Notes: a model not told the origin generated them from the letters alone. A stretch of 63,121 nt of DNA, filler included, from Octopus bimaculoides (GCF_001194135.2; 8 parts of 8 records of this genome joined end to end with filler, not necessarily neighbours in it); one strand, 5' to 3'; positions 13,343-25,490 are shown, counted from the whole stretch's first letter. Numbers and translations: made by a program.

Positions 13343-13430
13343 ACGAAGCGGAGTGATTAAGAATGTTGGACTCACGATCGTAACCACATGGTTTCGATTC
13401 CCAGGACTGGGTGGTGCGTCATGTTCAGAG
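13343..13430 (+). mobile_element. Decayed tRNA-derived SINE head
   Basis: ggagtgattaag..ggtttcgattcccaggac resembles the family D head. Confidence 0.45.
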
Positions 13431-13784
13431 TAAAAGTCTGTCTCTCACGTTGTTGCTGACTACAAAGCTGAAAATGAATAACATCCACAGCTGGGCGTTT
13501 AAATCTGGGAAAGACAGATATCCTGATCAGTCATATGCCCCAGAAACCGAGATAAGATCCAGCCCAACGAGATTGTAGGCCCGTGAGGTTACTATTTCCT
13601 CGATATATTTATAACAAAACCACAAATTATAACACTCGTATTGACTCTATAAAGCCATATGCATGAGTGTGTGTTTGTATGTAAGTTTATGCACACATGC
13701 ACGTGGTAAATATCAGACAACCGTGCTAAAATACCAATGAAGAATTTCACTCAAGTTCCGACGCGCGCATGTGCATATGCGTGT

Positions 13785-13830
<46 letters not shown>

Positions 13831-14444
13831 ATTGCATGAAGTGGTGTACAGACGTTATATATTATTGAAAAGGAGGTAGACAGGATTTCGATAAAACTAT
13901 TTATTTAGTGCCTTCTTCCCTTTTAGGGGATTCATCATAAATGTTTTTTATAAAAAATTCATAGCTTTTATATATACGTCAGTTAGCTGAATATGAATCT
14001 GGAGTGACATTTGTTTCCTTGAGATATTCTTTGTTATTCTGAATGTGCGTGTAAATGTATGAAGCCATATATATATATATGNNNNNNNNNNNNNNNNNNN
14101 NNNNNNNNNNNNNNNNNNNNNNNNNNNNNNNNNNNNNNNNNNNNNNNNNNNNNNNNNNNNNNNNNNNNNNNNNNNNNNNNNNNNNNNNNNNNNNNNNNNN
14201 NNNNNNNNNNNNNNNNNNNNNNNNNNNNNNNNNNNNNNNNNNNNNNNNNNNNNNNNNNNNNNNNNNNNNNNNNNNNNNNNNNNNNNNNNNNNNNNNNNNN
14301 NNNNNNNNNNNNNNNNNNNNNNNNNNNNNNNNNNNNNNNNNNNNNNNNNNNNNNNNNNNNNNNNNNNNNNNNNNNNNNNNNNNNNNNNNNNNNNNNNNNN
14401 NNNNNNNNNNNNNNNNNNNNNNNNNNNNNNNNNNNNAAAGAAAA

Positions 14445-14700
14445 GGAAAAAAATCACAAACGTGAGGACGTGCACAAGCAATGTATTAATTTGGCGCTCG
14501 ATGAAAGAAGAGAGTTGTTGTTAACGTTTCAAGCATAGCTCTTCTTCAGAAAGAAGAAAGTCTAAAGAGAAAGAAGGACTGTTCACGATTTTTCCTTATT
14601 TTTTTTTTCTTTCTCTTTGGACTTTCCTGCTTCCGACGAAAAGCTATCGAGCATCATATTAATATATTGATTGTGCACGTCCTCAAGGTTTTTTCTTATT
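14445..14700. mobile_element. Inverted-arm Penelope-like element, CUGAAGA HHR family
   Basis: tgaggacgtgcacaa (14463-14477) and ttgtgcacgtcctca (14671-14685), plus inner inverted segments. The right arm retains only ccgacga-a-aagc-tat of the HHR. Confidence 0.7.
14518..14553 (-). ncRNA. Minimal type-I hammerhead motif, intact core, weak stem I
   Basis: cttt CUGAAGA a gagc-tat-gctt GAAACGUU aaca. Confidence 0.65.
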
Positions 14701-14881
14701 TTATTTATTCATTTTTCATTTTTCCGGTGTTTTTTTATTCACTATTTACTGCACGCTCACACGGACTGCCCCGTCCTTTCTACTGTTATGGAGTACCTCA
14801 TTCATGCATTTCTCTCTACCATTCGCTTACGTCACCTTTTTATTCATTCGACGTACGCTATTTCTGCACATTTGATTGTGA

Positions 14882-14927
<46 letters not shown>

Positions 14928-15040
14928 CGTGTGTGTGTGTGTGTGTGCGTGTGTACATGTTTGGTGATTGAAACCAGAAAATAGAATTTAAAATATCAGT
15001 AAATTTTTATTAGTATTTATCAATATTTATCAGAAGCAAC

Positions 15041-15117
15041 AGAGTGACTCAAGGGCCTAGATTATCATGTGTTTGATAAGTGCCAACGCACGAAATTCTC
15101 GGCCCTTGAGTCACTCT
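15041..15117. repeat. 17-bp perfect inverted repeat (hairpin or tiny MITE)
   Basis: agagtgactcaagggcc (15041-15057) and ggcccttgagtcactct (15101-15117). Confidence 0.7.
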
Positions 15118-16954
15118 TTTTCTTCTTCTGAGTATATGTATGTATGCATGTATGTATGTATCTATACAATGTACATTGGTTTATGAGTTTCTTTGTTGTA
15201 GTTTTATTATTGTTAGTGTTTAATCGTGCCTATAATTTTGATTGATTGAATGAATGTGGTTATTAAGCTTTCACGTTTATATTATACTATGGAAGACGGT
15301 AAGGAATATAATTTTTGCACATTTTCACATTGGCAAATGGTATAAATTAGTACAATCGATAGCATCAAGCGCAATTACATGTCTACTACTTATTTTTGTC
15401 CACTTTGGAGGATATGAAAGACATTAGAGTTCCAATACTTAACGAGTAACATTTTCCGGGGCCAACGCGTACATAATACTCAGAACCCTAATATACCTGA
15501 GTATTTATGCATCTACTATCTCTCCAGATAGATTTAAGGATATTGAAATGTTTTAATGATTTGATCTGGGGCAAGGGATTGTTTATTTGGACATCGCAGG
15601 CCAATCGAGAGTGGTAAGGTGTATACAGCTGTTTTTCGTGCACAACCACGACGACAAATCAATGACTGTATAGTGAACGAAATCCTAGGCGTTTAAAGGA
15701 CTTAACAAAGTGGTTAATGCAAGGTGTCGAGTGACGTAACATACAAGTGAGTAGTGAGTAGGGTGAGATTAAGTAGGATGACAATGAAGACTACGCAGCA
15801 CGCAAAAAGGCAAGTTGCACATTTGCATGTTATAAATGTTTTATTCTTTCGGGTTTTTAACATTTAGATATATGAGTGTGGATAGGTAAATTTTGATGAT
15901 ACTTTTATTATAGAATCAGTTCTTCAGTGAATCGCTTAACCTTTGTATCAGAAGTTGGCAACACTAAATACGATGAAATTAAGAATTTCCTTATCTATCT
16001 CATCGGATAGTAACAGAATAACATTTCACTCATTAGTGCTATGTTCACTGATGAACATTGCAACTAAAGAATTATACCGAAATTGAACGTAATATAACCA
16101 AGAGGAACAAGATTACATTTTTATTTTATTTTATTTTATTTTATTTTATTTTATTTTTTCTATTTTTTCTTTCTGTTTCATTATTTTATCTAACAATCAA
16201 TCTGTGAAGTTTTCTATTTCATGCAAACCAAGAATACTAAATTGGAATAACTCCAGTTATGATAGTTCACACTGCTGTAATTGTTACCAGTTGTGAAGAA
16301 TGGGGAAAGATGCAAGGTTATTAGCAAAAGATTTTACCTTTGCATATTTATCCTGATTTCTTTAGATCCTTGAAGAGATTGACTTGAGAAAATTAAATCA
16401 CTTTAGGAATTCGCTATGAAATCTGAAGAAAAAAACCTTAATTAGTCACTATGGCGAAAAGCTTTTCCAAGTCAAATATAAATCTCCAATCGATAGAAAC
16501 GCGTCTTAGCTATTATTTGTTTACATTTTGTTTTCCATTTTATTTTACTTTATTTTGTTGTTTATATTGATTTTTTTTAAAGTTACAATACAATGATGTT
16601 TCGTTTCGTCTACGTTTTCTATTTCGTCGCCCAACGTTCAGAGTCTTTATCATTTTACCAGTGAAGAAATCAAAATTTAATTTCTCTTGTCATAGGAATT
16701 TAATTACAATCATACCTTCAGCACGTCTAGACAAATTAACATCTTGCTTTTTTTCTTTGTCTTTTGTAACACTTTAAACACACTCTGCATAAATTAGAGA
16801 TTTTATAAACGAACATTTTCATGGATAATGTATGTATATGTGCGTGCATAAGTCTGTACGTGTGCACATATATATATATATACATATGGAGAGAGAGACA
16901 GATATATATATGGAGAGAGAGACAGATATATATATATATATATATACATAAATC

Positions 16955-17286
16955 CTTTCGGTGCGAATGGTTTTGCTATATGGCGCCGGGTTTTACAATC
17001 CTTTAAGCTTATAGCGATCACCATGCAATGACTAAGAAAAATAGTCTAATAATGGGGCATGTAAGCCCTCGACAGAGAAAAAGTAAGCTTTCTTATCCGC
17101 GTGAGACTCGAACCCACATCCTTTTGTTAACATGACTAAGTGTTTTACCAGTACACCAGCGAATTAGTCTCCTTGCTTTTGTTAAATTTAAGAACTATAT
17201 TAGTTCGTAGTTGCTTTTGTAAACAAACTTTCAATATGCTTTCGGTACGAATAGTTTTGTTATACGGTACCGGGTTTTACAATCCT
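16955..17286. repeat. 48-bp direct repeats (42/48 identical) at 16955-17002 and 17239-17286
   Basis: Direct comparison; all six differences are transitions. Confidence 0.75.
17095..17165 (-). mobile_element. Decayed tRNA-like segment (SINE head or pseudo-tRNA)
   Basis: Minus strand reads gctggtgtactggtaaaacac..gtgggttcgagtctcacgcgga; B box present, cloverleaf imperfect. Confidence 0.5.
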
Positions 17287-17294
17287 GTAAATAG

Positions 17295-17329
17295 TAATAA
17301 TAATAATGATGATAATAATAATAATACTA

Positions 17330-17407
<78 letters not shown>

Positions 17408-17445
17408 TAATAATAAAAAAAATAATAATAATAACAACAACAACA
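17295..17445. repeat. (AAT)n microsatellite
   Basis: Directly visible. Confidence 0.95.
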
Positions 17446-18299
17446 TTATATATATATTTATATTGCATTATATATACGTATACGTATATATNNNNNNNNN
17501 NNNNNNNNNNNNNNNNNNNNNNNNNNNNNNNNNNNTTAATTAATTAANNNNNNNNNNNNNNNNNNNNNNNNNNNNNNNNNNNNNNNNNNNNTATATATAT
17601 ATATATGTGGTGAATCTTGCAAGCATAAAGTGGATTCGACACACCATAACCAAATTTCAAGTAACAGTTCAACAGAACTTTTCTCATGGTGGAACAATAG
17701 TTTTTCTGTGACAGCAGTTTTACATTTTCCAGATTGCCTTTAGCTTGGCCGAAATAATGTCTTCACCACTTGATCCTTTCTAACCTCTTCTACTCCACCA
17801 AAAGCTAAAATAGAGATAACAAGACCACCAACGAAATCCATTGTTCTCATTGCTATGTCTATCCTTCTGGATAGTTATAAAAACAAGAACCCCCAAGCAA
17901 AAATCAGTTAGTCACTTGGTGATAACTCAGTTAGTAAGAACAAAGTCTGGTTGACCGGCTGAACAAACGCTGTCTCTAAAGAAAAGAGCACAAAGAGAAC
18001 AACTATGGTGACTTACCAACGGAGCAGCTGCTTCGTCCCACACTCTCTCACTTTCACTAATTCAATTTCTCTTCTCTGGCATGGGTTGATATATATATGT
18101 AACGGAGAAATTATACAAAATGTATAAATAGATGAGTAAAGCAACGGCACAGTTTCAATTACCTGTTGTGATCTGTAGATTTATTGTAGGAACTTTGTAG
18201 TGACGGTTGGAGTAACAGTATTAATAAAATAGATGGAAGGAGAAAAGATTTTATTGGATATGACACATGTTTTGACCTGTTCTGGGTCACTTCGAGTAC

Positions 18300-18500
18300 A
18301 TCAATAACAAGGGTTCCAGCTGATCTGATCAATGGAACAGCCTACTCATGAAATAAATGTGTAAGTGACTGAGCACTCCACAGACATGCATACCCTTAAC
18401 ATAGTTCTCAGGGAGATTCAGCATGATACAAAATGTGACAAGGCTAGCCCTTTGAATTACAGGTACTACTAGCAGGTAAATGACCATGTAGAAATACCCC
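18300..18500 (-). mobile_element. SINE family D, 3' body
   Basis: Reverse complement matches 50690-50790, with CpG decay. Confidence 0.7.
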
Positions 18501-18914
18501 CATTGGCTCAAGAAGAAGAAAATGTGATAGGTATTGCTAAAGCCCTTTCCAAAGGTTTTAACTGTGGAAGTGATGAGAATAGACTTCTATCATAATACAA
18601 TCTCACCTTGCTTACAGGCTGACCTTTTATTGCATGCTGCTTGCTATATAAAAATTTAAATTTAATTGTTTCATTTAGTTATTAACAATAAATTTCACTA
18701 AAGGTAGGACTATTACAAATAAATGATCAAATTATATTATTTGAGCCAGTGAGAGAGTACCTATGCAGTCACTCATCCTACTGGAAATATCAGCTAAATC
18801 TCCCTGAAATTACTGTTGTTGCAATATGTAGGTTTGTTGATCTGTAGTGGTGATGAGTTGAGTTGATGAATGAAATTGTTTCTTGGGGTGTGCATAGAAG
18901 TAACTCTTTTACTC

Positions 18915-19252
18915 TTTTACTTGTTTCAGTCATTTGACCTGTTCAGCCTAGTACTTATTCTATTGGTCTCTTTAGCTGAACCGCTAAGTTACAGGGGACG
19001 TAAACACACCAGCATCGGTTGTCAAGCGATATTGGGGGGACAAACAAAGACACACAAACGCACACATGCATATACATATACATATATACAATGGGCTTCT
19101 TTTCAGTTTCCGTCTACCAAATCCACTCACAAGGCTTTGGTCGGCCCGAGGCTATAGTAGAAGACACTTGCCCAAGGTGCCACGCAGTGGGACTGAACCT
19201 GGAACCATGTGGTTGGTAAGCGAGCTACTTACCACACAGCCACTCCAGCGCC
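18915..19252 (-). mobile_element. SINE family A, full length
   Basis: Both halves with a short internal microsatellite. Confidence 0.85.
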
Positions 19253-19789
19253 TATTAACTGAACAATAATCATGAACATTTAACAAGATTTTATTATTGC
19301 ACATAAAGACAAACTGTGTTGGCCTTTTACAGATGACGACAGCAATAATTACAAACTGGGAGAGGGATACTACTTGGCAAGCTGTTGATATGACAACATG
19401 CAGCTTAGATGCATTTGTTCTCAACGTGAAACCAGAAGAAATACTGCCAAGCATTTTGTCCAGTATGTTAACAATTCTAGCAAGTCGCCACCTTTAATAG
19501 TTTCGAATTTTGTCATAAAACCAGAAATTTTTTTGAAGGAAGGGAATTAGTCGATTACATCAAAACCCCCACCCCAAATCATCTCCCCTCCCTCAGTGTT
19601 TAGCTGGTACTTAGTCTTATTAACTTCGAAAGGATGAAATACGAAGTTGATTTCACTGGCATTTTGAACACAGAATGTAAAGGGCCAAAAGAAATGCTGC
19701 TGACCATTTTCATAGCCTTACAACAAAAGCAATAACAGTAGCAACAGTGACATCATGAATAACAACATTGGGAGTTTTGCGACAAATTT

Positions 19790-19910
19790 ATTGTCATTAG
19801 ATCTAAGGGAGATAATTACTAAGGGAAATAACTTTTTTCCTTTTATAAAAATGAATTTATTATCATTAGATTTAAGGGAGATAACTTTTAAGGGAAGTAA
19901 CCTTTTTAAA
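19790..19910. repeat. Imperfect tandem duplication of about 65 bp
   Basis: tttatt.tcattagat.taagggagataa...taaggga occurs twice. Confidence 0.65.
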
Positions 19911-20011
19911 AATCTTTTTGTAAAGATAATAATTGCAGCGTGGAAGGTGTTTATAAGCCATTTAAAATAACACACAAAGACCGTTAGATTCACTTCAACA
20001 TTTAAATTTAA

Positions 20012-20062
20012 TTTGTCAAAATATTTTCGTCGCTTTGAGACCGCGACCTGTTCACTGACAAA
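20012..20062 (-). ncRNA. Minimal type-I hammerhead motif with G3-C8 core swap
   Basis: tttgtca GUGAACA g gtcgc-ggtctcaaa-gcgac GAAA AUAUU U tgacaaa: 7-bp stem I, 5-bp stem II, palindromic AAUAUU stem III. Confidence 0.7.
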
Positions 20063-20081
20063 ATGAGATGCAGCACAGAAT

Positions 20082-20132
20082 TTTGTCAGTGAACAGGTCA
20101 CGGTCTCAGAGCAACGAAAATATTTTGACAAA
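20082..20132 (+). ncRNA. G3C8 hammerhead motif, inverted twin with damaged stem II
   Basis: Same core GUGAACA and GAAA; stem II reads gtcac/gcaac after CpG transitions. Confidence 0.6.
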
Positions 20133-20340
20133 TTAAATTTAAATGTTGAAGTGAATCTAACGGGTTTTGTGTGTTATTTTAAATGGCTTATAAACACCTT
20201 CCACACTGCAATTGTTTTCGTTCCAGCACACGATCTCAGATCAGTTCACTTGCTATGCAAGTACATTTCTGTAAAGGTAATGATCTATGAAAAATGTATG
20301 AAACATGTGATCAAAATTTCTTTCATGCAGAAATATGTAT

Positions 20341-20520
20341 ATCATCATCATCGTCGTTACCATCATTTAATGTCTATGTTGCCCGCTGGCATGGATTGGA
20401 TGATTTGAAAGGATCTAACTAACCCGAGGGCTGCATTGGCAAGGTTTTGATGGCTGGATGCCTCTTCCAAAAGTCAACCACTTTACAGAGTGCCCTAGGT
20501 GATTGCTTTCATGGCACCAG
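20341..20520 (-). mobile_element. Family C element (diverged)
   Basis: (ATC)n..gctggcatggattgg..ggctggatgcc. Confidence 0.55.
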
Positions 20521-20744
20521 CCTTAGTGGGGGTCACCAAACAACCTGCAAAACAAACCCCCTTCACAGAGTTGGGTACAGTATTGAGAGAGATGGCTTTA
20601 CACCAGGTGTAGAGAAGTTAAAGTAGGAAAGAGGAACAGGAATAGGTGTCTTGCTAAAGAAAAAATACATGGGTACCCCCAAAAGAAGGGAAGAAAGGAT
20701 GGCGGACATTAAGTATCAGTGTGTACCCTCATTCTTTTATTCTT

Positions 20745-21131
20745 TTCTTCTCTGCTATCATTTGTTTCAGTCATTTGGTTGCAGCCATGCTGGAGCACCG
20801 CCTTTAGTCAAACAAATCGATCCCTAGGACTTATTCTTTGTAAGCCTAGTAATTATTATATTGGTCTCTTTTGCTGAACTGCTATGTTACCGGGACGTAA
20901 ATACACCAACATCGGATGTCAAGTGATGGTGGGAGAACAAACACACACGCACACACACACATGCATATGACAGGCTTTTTTCAGTTTCCATCTACCAAAT
21001 CCACTCACACAGTTTTGGTTGGCCCGAGGCTATAGTAGAAGACACTTGCCCATGATGCCATGCAGTGAAACTGAACCTGGAACCATGTGGTTGGTAAACA
21101 AACTACTTACCACACAGCCACTCCTGCACCT
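20745..21131 (-). mobile_element. SINE family A, full length
   Basis: Both halves present. Confidence 0.85.
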
Positions 21132-21579
21132 GTATAATTTTTTTTTTATATTAGACAGCTGGAGTTCATAAAGAATATATAAAATTCATATGAATTTAAG
21201 GTTGGATAAGTGAAAAACCATTGTAACCGTTAGTGAAGTTTTCAATCTCTTATAAACATGATTAAACACTGCATCTTGTCTTAAGTGTTTTTTCTCCTTA
21301 CTTGCACAATTTTTTGTGCCATAACAGAATAGACCTCAAACTAACGAATACTAGCTTCACCCTCATGGCCTTTTAAGATTGGTAGAAGGGAGAGAGACCT
21401 AGCCCGATGCTTACGACAGAGTGGACTCTACCAAAGGTACCAAGAGACTGGGTAACGGTGTTGAACTGTGCAGCAGATTAAGTCTGCCATCCAAGGAGTT
21501 TATTGGCAAAATTTGAAGTCAGAATGGTTCCCCCTGCATACTGCCACTGCCTCCTCCCCCTCCTCCTCCTCCTCCTCCT

Positions 21580-21743
21580 CCTCTATGATAGCAAAGGTGA
21601 ATGGGCACCAGCCAGTCCAAAGGTTGGGGTGGGCTACACCTGCCTACCTTGGTTGCTATGGCATTGAGGTAGATCCAGCCACTCCCATTAACAAGGACAA
21701 AACCCAGATTTAAAACACTGGATGATGATGATGATGATGATGT
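21580..21743 (+). mobile_element. Probable RTE-type 3' end remnant with (GAT)n tail
   Basis: Non-repetitive segment ending in aaaacactg(gat)n, the tail style of the RTE elements here; no protein motif seen. Confidence 0.4.
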
Positions 21744-22224
21744 TGCATTAATAATACGCAATGTCCTAAATTTCTTCAATTCATAATCAAGAATAGCTGT
21801 TCTTTCATTATGCAACTATGTGCAGGTATGACTGTGTTGTTTAGAAGCTTGCTTAGCAATCATGTACTTTCAGGTTCAGTCTCGCTGCATGGCATCTTTG
21901 AGATAGAGACCTAGCCCAAATGCTTACAACATTTAAATATAAACCTGAACCAACCAATGCCTTTATGAGCGAATATCATAGAAGGTATTTGTAATCAACT
22001 AACCTGTTCCCCTCCAAATTGCTGGTTTCTACCTTTTACCTTTTACTTGCTTCACACATTGAATTGTGGTTATGCTGGGGCTCCACCATGAAGAGCTTAA
22101 CCAAACAAGTCGATCACAACATTTATTTCTTTAAGACTATTAGTCGTTTTTGGTGAATTGCCAAGTTAACGGGATAATGACAAATTAACACTGGTTATAA
22201 AGAAGTTGGGTGGATACACACACA

Positions 22225-22485
22225 CACATTTGGTAGATGGAAAGTGAAAGAAGCCCATTGTATATATACATACATATATACATACATGTGTGTGTGTGTG
22301 TGTCTGTGTTTGTCCCCAACCACCACCACCACCTGAGAACAGATGTTGGTTTCTGTAACTTAGTGTTTTGGCAAATGAGACCAATAGAATAAGTAACAGG
22401 CTTTAAAAAGTAAAAATAAGAACTAAAAATTCTTCAAGGCAGTGCCCCAGCATGGCCACACTCTAATGACTGAAACAAATAAAAA
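22225..22485 (+). mobile_element. SINE family A, partial
   Basis: tttggtagatggaaagtgaaagaagcc through aatgactgaaacaaataaaa. Confidence 0.65.
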
Positions 22486-23235
22486 AAAAAGATGCATTCT
22501 TATATATATGTATGTGTATGTGTGTGTCTTGCCAACCAGAGCTAGTTTATTTACATCTCTGTAACTTAGCAGTTCAGGGAAAGAGACTAATTGAATAAGT
22601 ACCAAATTTGATTTCAAGTTTGGTACTTGAAGGCTTCAGCTGAACAAATCACTTCTCCCACTTAAAATTAAGTAAGAGAAGTTATTTGTTCAATTAAAGC
22701 CATGAAGGTAATACCCTAGCATGGTCACAGTTCAATTAGTGACATAAATAAAGGAAGATAAAGAAGATGCTATAGAAAGTTTTCACCACAGATATATTGG
22801 AAAACAGTGAATAAACAATGAATCCTGTTGTAAATAAGCTGCCTGGATGAATATCACAGTAAATTTGCCTTTCATAATGTGTTTACATTATGCATGATGC
22901 ATAGATGGCTAATACTGACGATGTTATATAAAAGACACATTCACACACATACACTTACACAGAAACTGTATAAACACGAGTGATTGACAAACCAAATAAG
23001 GTGGTTTTTATTGCTTTGTGTGATTGTGAATATGTCAATTATGCTTCTTTCCATTTGATCCCCATAAACAGAATGTTGATTGATTGCTTGCTTATTCCTA
23101 CTTACATGTGTTTCCCCAATACGTCACCTCCTCCAACCACTCTTACACTCATCTTCTGTTTCTTTCCTTTCACCAGCCTAAATGCTGAATACATATATCC
23201 TATTACACAAGTTTATAAAAACAGATTATATATAG

Positions 23236-23397
23236 TAGGAGTGACTGTGTGGTAAGTAGCTTGCTTACCAACCACAAGGTTCCGGGTTCAGTCCCACTGC
23301 GTGGCACCTTGTGCAAGTGTCTTCTACTATAGCCTCAGGCCGACCAAAGCCTTGTGAGTGGATTTGGTAGACGGAAACTGAAAGAAGCCCAGCATAA

Positions 23398-23463
<66 letters not shown>

Positions 23464-23690
23464 ATATGTTTGTGTGTCTGTGTTTGTCCCCCCAACATTG
23501 CTTGACAACCGATGCTGGTGTGTTTATGTCCCCGTAACTTAACGGTTCGCCAAAAGAGACCGATAGGATAAGTACTAGGCTTACAAAGAATAAGTCCTGG
23601 GGTTGATTAGCTCGACTAAAAGGCGGTGCTCCAGCATGGCCACAGTCAACTGACTGAAACAGGTAAAAGAGAGTAAAAGAGTCAAAGAGT
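23236..23690 (+). mobile_element. SINE family A, full length
   Basis: Near-consensus copy with internal (TA)n. Confidence 0.88.
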
Positions 23691-23747
23691 TGTTATATTT
23701 AATATGAAGCCAATTAATTAGGTTCTGCAAGCATCTCACTTTTTGTT

Positions 23748-23962
23748 AACGAGCTAGTAGAATCATTAGCACACCAGGCAAAATGCCTAGGTGACATTTT
23801 GCCCATCTTTATGTTCTGAGCTCAAATGCTGCAAAGGTCGATTTTACCTTTCATCCTCTCAGGGTCGGTAAAAATAAATACCAGTTGAACATTGGGGTCG
23901 ATGTAATCAACTTATCCCCTCTCCTGAAATTGCTGGCTTTGTGCCAAAATTTGAAACCAATA
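23748..23962 (+). mobile_element. SINE family B, CpG-decayed copy
   Basis: cattagcacaccaggca replaces cgttagcacgccgggcg. Confidence 0.75.
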
Positions 23963-24062
23963 TAAAACCAATTAACAAAGAATTACTGTGGTGTATTGAT
24001 AATCCCATATATTTTATCAGTATAGAGTGGATTTTTTTACACATCTGGTATATTTTGTACAT

Positions 24063-24455
24063 AGGCACAGGAGTGGCTGTGCGGTAAGAAGTTTGCTGGC
24101 CGAAACGTTAGCACGCCGGGCGAAACGCTTAGCGGTGTTTCGTCTGTTGCTACGTTCTGAGTTCAAATTCCGCCGTGGTCGACTTTGCCTTTCATCCTTT
24201 CGGGGTCGATAAATTAAGTACCAGTTACGCACTGGGGTTGATGTAATCGACTTAATCCCTTTGTGTCTGTCCTTGTTTGTCCTCTCTATGTTTCGCCCCT
24301 TGTGGGCAATAAAGAAATAAGAAGTTTGCTTCCCAACCACATGGTTCTGTGTTCAGTTCCACTGCATGGCACCTTGGGCAGTGTCTTCTACTGTAACCAA
24401 GCCAACCAAAGATTTGTCAGTAGATTTGGTGGACGGAAACCGAAAGAAGCACATT
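24063..24455 (+). mobile_element. SINE family A head interrupted by a family B SINE
   Basis: The head is split at taagaagtttgct, which is duplicated on both sides of the insert. Confidence 0.8.
24098..24317 (+). mobile_element. SINE family B (tRNA-derived), young copy with 13-bp TSD
   Basis: cgttagcacgccgggcgaaa..gagttcaaattcc..tttgcctttcatcctttcggggtcgataaattaagtacc; TSD at 24085-24097 and 24318-24330. Confidence 0.9.
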
Positions 24456-24467
24456 GTATATATTTAC

Positions 24468-24513
<46 letters not shown>

Positions 24514-24744
24514 NNNNNNNNNNNNNNNNNNNNNNNNNNNNNNNNNNNNNNNNNNNNNNNNNNNNNNNNNNNNNNNNNNNNNNNNNNNNNNNNNNNNNNN
24601 NNNNNNNNNNNNNNNNNNNNNNNNNNNNNNNNNNNNNNNNNNNNNNNNNNNNNNNNNNNNNNNNNNNNNNNNNNNNNNNNNNNNNNNNNNNNNNNNNNNN
24701 NNNNNNNNNNNNNNNNNNNNNNNNNNNNNNNNNATATATACATA

Positions 24745-24901
24745 CTCTCTGAGTGGTTGGCGTTAGGAAGGGCATCCAGCTGTAGAAACTCTGCCAAATC
24801 AGATTGGAGCCTGGTGTAGCCATCTGGTTTCACCAGTCCTCAGCCAAATCGTCCAACCCATGCTAGCATGGAAAGCGGACGTTAAACGACGATGATGATG
24901 A
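24745..24901 (+). mobile_element. Family C element, 3' part
   Basis: Near-consensus 3' end with (GAT)n. Confidence 0.85.
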
Positions 24902-24963
24902 TATATATATGTATGTATGTATGCATGTATGTATGTATGTATATATGTATGTATATATGTATG

Positions 24964-24997
<34 letters not shown>

Positions 24998-25019
24998 TGT
25001 ATGTATATATGTATCTATC

Positions 25020-25233
25020 TATCTATTTGTGTCTGTGTTCTTCCGCTACCATCGCTTGACAACCAATGATGGTGTGTTTACATCACTCGTAACTTAGCAG
25101 TTTGACAAGAGAGATTGATAAAATAAGTACTAGGCTTACAAAGAATAAGTCCTGGGGTCGATTTGTTTGACTAAAGGTGGTGCAACAGCATGGTCTCAGT
25201 CAGTTGACTGAAACAAGCAGAAGAATAAAAGAA
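25020..25233 (+). mobile_element. SINE family A, 3' half
   Basis: Match to the 3' half. Confidence 0.75.
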
Positions 25234-25284
25234 TGTTTTACTGATTTCGATCATCCAACTATGACAACATTGTTTACTTTTTAC

Positions 25285-25435
25285 TTCTTTCAGTCATTAT
25301 GGCTATGCAGGAGCAATGTCGAATGAATTGATCCCAGTACTTAGTCTATCAGTCTCATTTTGCTGAGTCTCTAAGTTACAGAGATGTAAACCAGCAACAA
25401 CAGTTGTTAAGTAGTGGTGGGCAACAAACTCAAAC
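25285..25435 (-). mobile_element. SINE family A, 3' half (diverged)
   Basis: Reverse-strand match. Confidence 0.6.
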
Positions 25436-25442
25436 ATAAAGA

Positions 25443-25490
<48 letters not shown>

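Larger units (their letters stand above)
19931..20269. mobile_element. Inverted-arm Penelope-like non-autonomous element with G3C8 HHR
   Basis: 134-bp inverted arms 19931-20064 and 20080-20213 with a 15-nt spacer; the right arm continues to about 20269. Candidate TSD tgtaaag(a/g)taat at 19919-19930 and 20270-20281. Confidence 0.8.

Noticed and set aside
19333-19462. Possible plus-strand exon (ttttacAG..GTATGT) with one open frame
   Set aside because: The peptide resembles neither the spondin reeler domain nor any family I recognise.
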